The notes beneath the pieces were generated by a model. It was not told where the DNA came from and did no database searches. It was given only the letters and a program-made list of their open reading frames with translations. A stretch of DNA of 64,000 bases from Octopus sinensis. Lineage: Eukaryota. Location of the stretch: the NCBI RefSeq assembly GCF_006345805.1, contig NC_043016.1:30628001-30692000 (forward strand), given 5' to 3'. The translations under genes were made by a program, and so were the position numbers. Positions 60,333 through 64,000 of the stretch are shown here, one piece after another; position 1 is the stretch's first letter; every line of letters begins with the position of its first letter.

Positions 60333-61326
60333 TTAACCCTTTCATTACAGCATTTATTTTGAGATGCTCTGTGTTTCTTTCAATTGATTTTAAATGTAAC
60401 AAAGAATTTAGTAAAATAACTTAGTCATCATTAAGCTAGTGTTAGGAACATTAATTGTGACTAAGGTTTGGTGGAAGATTTTAATTCAAAACTTATGAAA
60501 ACAAGACATTTGTACTTCAGAGCCAGAGCCAGTTTCAGACGGCTTGGTAAAGGAAGGGTTAAGCTAGTGTTAGGAACATAAATTGTGACTAAGGTTTGGT
60601 GGAAGATTTTAATTCAAAACTTATGAAAGCAAGACATTTGTACTACAGAGCCAGAGCTGGTTTCAGACGGCTTGGTAAAGGAAGGGTTAAGCTAGTGTTA
60701 GGAACATAAATTGTGACTAAGGTTTGGTGGAAGATTTTATTCAAAACTTATGAAAACAAGACATTTGTACTTCAGAGCCAGAGCCAGTTTCAGACGGCTT
60801 GGTAAAGGAAGGTTAAGCTAGTGTTAGGAACATTAATTGTGACTAAGGTTTGGTGGAAGATTTTAATTCAAAACTTATGAAAACAAGACATTTTTACTAC
60901 AGAGCCAGAGCCAGTTTCAGACGGCTTGGTAAAGGAAGGGTTAAGCTAGTGTTAGGAACAAAATGTGACTAAGGTTTGGTGGAAGATTTTAATTCAAAAC
61001 TTATGAAAACAAGACATTTGTACTACAGAGCCAGAGCCAGTTTCAGACGGCTTGGTAAAGGAAGGGTTAAGCTAGTGTTAGGAACATAAATTGTGACTAA
61101 GGTTTGGTGGAAGATTTTAATTCAAAACTTATGAAAACAAGACATTTGTACTACAGAGCCAGAGCCAGTTTCAGACAGCTTGGTAAAGGAAGGGTTAAGC
61201 TAGTGTTAGGAACATAAATTGTGACTAAGGTTTGGTGGAAGATTTTAATTCAAAACTTATGAAAACAAGACATTTGTACTACAGAGCCAGAGCTAGTTTC
61301 AGCTGGGTTGGTAATGAAAGGGTTAA
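60333..61326. mobile_element. TTAA-targeting MITE (piggyBac/Kolobok-type) with an internal tandem array
   Basis: TTAA 60333-60336, TIR CCCTTTCATTAC 60337-60348, GTAATGAAAGGG 61311-61322, TTAA 61323-61326. Confidence 0.92.
60431..61322. repeat. 7 x ~128-bp tandem repeat
   Basis: Units start with ttaagctagtgttagg at 60431, 60559, 60687, 60813, 60941, 61067 and 61195; near-identical. Confidence 0.97.
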
Positions 61327-61737
61327 ATAGCACATAAATTGTCTGATACATTTTGTTTAAAATAGGTGAAGAGTTTATAAGTTTACAGAAAAAAAAATGC
61401 CCAGCAAAGTCTGTTGATAATTCAGCTGCAACTGCAATGCTCAAAATATTACACAGCCATTTACCACATTGGGATAGGTATTAAAATTGCTTTATTCTCA
61501 AGCTTAGATAATCATGCAAGATCAACATCACTATCACCATCAGTGATACTGCCGCTATCATTGCTGACACCACCACCACTGCCATCACCACCACGATTGT
61601 TATTTGTCACTTTTACCATATTGGCATGGCTTGGATGGGACTATCACAGTCCTTCCTTATCTGACACTTATGAAAAAGAGAAGAAGCATGGTGTTTTTTT
61701 TATAGCCGAATGCCCATCCTTTCACCAAACATGTATC

Positions 61738-62988
61738 TATTGGGTCATCCCATAAATAATGCAGTTTTTTCAATTGCATGAACTAAAAGTCAGAGGGGGA
61801 AGGGATAAACTACCTGCATCAACTTGCTATAAAAGCAGTTAGTAATTTTATCTTGTTCTTATTCTTAGCGCAAGTTTTGAAGAGTGCAGTTCGATTTTAA
61901 GTTATTTTTTCAAAACTATAATGGAAGTGACAAAGGAGCATATTCAGCATATTTTGCTTTATGAGTTCAGTAAAGGCAACAATGCAATGGAAAGTGTGAG
62001 GAATATTAATGCAATATATGGGGAGTGGACATTAAACATAACCTAGTGTCAACAGTGGTTCTGGAAATTCTGAGCTGGAAACTACAGCCTAGAAGATGAG
62101 CCTCGTCCTGGGAGATCTGTAGAGCTTGACAAGGACATCCTACAAACCCTGATGGAACAAAATTCCATGGTAACTGCTGAGGAACTAGCAGAGAAGCTTG
62201 GATTTGGTCATTAACCACTCATTGACACCTGCATACCATTGGAAAAGTCAGCAAATTGGGTCAGTGGGTTCCTTACAAACTTTCTTAGTCTAATCATGTG
62301 CATAGAGTGAATGCTTGCTCTTCTTTGCTGTCACGTCTCATGAATGAACCTTTTTTGAACTGAATAGTGACTGGTGGCAAGAAATGGGTTCTCTATAAAA
62401 AATGTCAAATGCCAAAGACAGTGGGTAGGGAAAGGAGAAACACCAGCACCCCAAACTAAAAATGGTCTTCACCCATGTAAGGTGTTGTTATCTGTTTGGT
62501 AGAATATGAAAGGTTTAGTCCACTTTGAACTTTTAAACCCAAACCAAACAATAATAAAGGAGATCTACTGTGACCAGCATGAGCAGCTTAAGCCAGCGCT
62601 AGAAGAAAAACAACCATCTTTGATTTCAGGACAAGAGGTGTTCTTCCATCAGGATAATTCTTGGCCACAAACAGTGAGGATGACATTCCAAAGGCTGGAA
62701 CTGTTTGAATGGGAAACGATGTCACCAGACATTGCTCCATCTGATTATTATTTATTTTGCAGTCTTCAAAATCATTTTGATGAAAAAAGTATGAATTCTG
62801 TAGATGGGGCCAGAACAGTACTGGAGGAGTATTTTTTGGAAGAGGGGACTTGGAAGTCTACCAGATAGACGAAAGAGCATTGTAGAAAATAAAAGAGAGT
62901 ATATTTTAGATTAAAAAAGAACTTTGCCTTAGTTTTGAAAAATAAAAGAAGTATAAAAAAAAAACATTATTTATAGGATGACCCAATA
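61738..62988 (+). mobile_element. full-length mariner (DD34D family) element, transposase inactivated
   Basis: TA + TTGGGTCATCCCATAAATAATG / CATTATTTATAGGATGACCCAA + TA; ATG at 61921 (MEVTKEHIQHILLYEF), WVP motif, IVTGGKKW (first Asp changed to Gly), QDN, SPDIAPSDYYLF lacking the preceding PHPPY; stops. Confidence 0.95.
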
Positions 62989-63394
62989 TAAAGCATGATA
63001 TGGGTACATTTTATCATATTTGAGAGGTGTCTAGCCAGGAATAAAGTATCACATATCCTGTATCAGTTTTCATTTGTAGTTAAAGCTCTAGTAGATGTGC
63101 TGTGAAATACAGAGCTGACAAGTTATATGAGCACTTAGGAATAAATATTTGCTTCATCATAGTGAAACAAATTGCACACAATATTTTGAAAAATATACAA
63201 TTCAATATTATAGAAGACACTGTCCATACTACATCTTTTTAGTAGCTTTACCAAAAATTATTCAAGGTTTACTAAATTTGTTTTAAAAAAATTATCCTGA
63301 AGTCAGGGAGAAGAAACATGTTTTACTTAAATTGATTTCATATTTTGGCACAAGGCCAACAATTTCAAGGAGTGTGTGTGTGTGTGTGTGGTGG

Positions 63395-63560
63395 GTAAGT
63401 TGATTACATCAATAACCGTGTACAGTTGGTACTTATTTATTGATCCTGAAAGGGATGAAAGGCGCAGTTAACCTTGGCGGAATTTGAACTCAGAATGTGA
63501 AGATGGACGAAATGCTGCTAAACATTTTACCCAGTGTGCTAACAATTCTGCCAGCTCACC
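63395..63560 (-). mobile_element. diverged SINE family B-related copy
   Basis: ggaatttgaactcagaat and aacaattctgccagctcacc; similar old copies at ~28640-29075, 42230-42700 and 58270-58420. Confidence 0.7.
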
Positions 63561-64000
63561 AAATTTAAGTTACTTATTAAATTGTAAATTATTTTGAGAA
63601 GGAAAGATTCATTCCACAACATTATGTGTGTTAAAGGAAACAATACATCAGTACCAAATTATGATGCTAGTATAATCACTTTGGACTGCTATAAGTGTGC
63701 CACTACAAGGTCCAGTTCTTCTTGTAGTGCAGTGGCTTGCATGCCTCAATGACTTTGAGGACTATACCAGCAAAGTACAAGTTCCTGATAGAGTTTTCCA
63801 TGCTGGGCAGGTCAAAGGATAGAGGTCAGACTAATATGAACTACCTCTTCGGAGAAGTTCGAGGTTGGCCAAAAAGTCTGTTTGGTTTTTGCTGATACTA
63901 AACTTTAAGCACTCTAACAAGTAGCTAACTTCAGTCTGTCCCATGTGCATATGTACTCGTTGATACTTTAATATGGTTCAACATGTACTTGCAATGAAAT

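Noticed and set aside
60431-61322. CRISPR-like array
   Set aside because: The units are contiguous and near-identical with no unique spacers, there are no cas genes, and the context is a eukaryotic intron bounded by MITE TIRs.
40545-64000. Upstream TOG2/TOG1 exons of TOGARAM1
   Set aside because: A manual scan found no convincing HEAT-repeat exon (only the doubtful 56368-56522 segment); they are probably beyond the window, or I missed them.

Overview
AT-rich, microsatellite- and SINE-dense metazoan genomic DNA. The repeat families and (TA/TG/ATG)n content suggest an octopus (coleoid cephalopod) genome; this is inference. It is not prokaryotic: no CRISPR, rRNA or operons. The only host gene I can support is a minus-strand, multi-exon TOGARAM1/crescerin (FAM179B, che-12 family) orthologue. 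Seven exons (40544 down to 3733) have canonical GT-AG sites and fully consistent phases, giving 1465 coding nt (~488 aa) that cover the end of TOG2 and the long linker toward TOG3; the gene runs off both window edges. Everything else is intronic transposon debris. It includes at least four tRNA-derived SINE families; RTE, CR1/L2, RLE-type and Penelope-like retroelement fragments; a Gypsy integrase relic; a near-full-length dead piggyBac; a full-length dead mariner; two internally deleted DD37D (maT) elements; and a tRNA-Ala pseudogene. The most unusual structures are a TTAA-flanked MITE carrying a 7-copy 128-bp array made from its own right half, four long fold-back palindromes inside the pre-mRNA (candidate long dsRNA/ADAR substrates), a 54-bp purine-pyrimidine minisatellite with higher-order structure, and a SINE dimer nested in another SINE under one target-site duplication. 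Most ORF-track entries are microsatellite or transposon artefacts. Comparisons to human proteins and TE consensus motifs are from memory, not from a database search.
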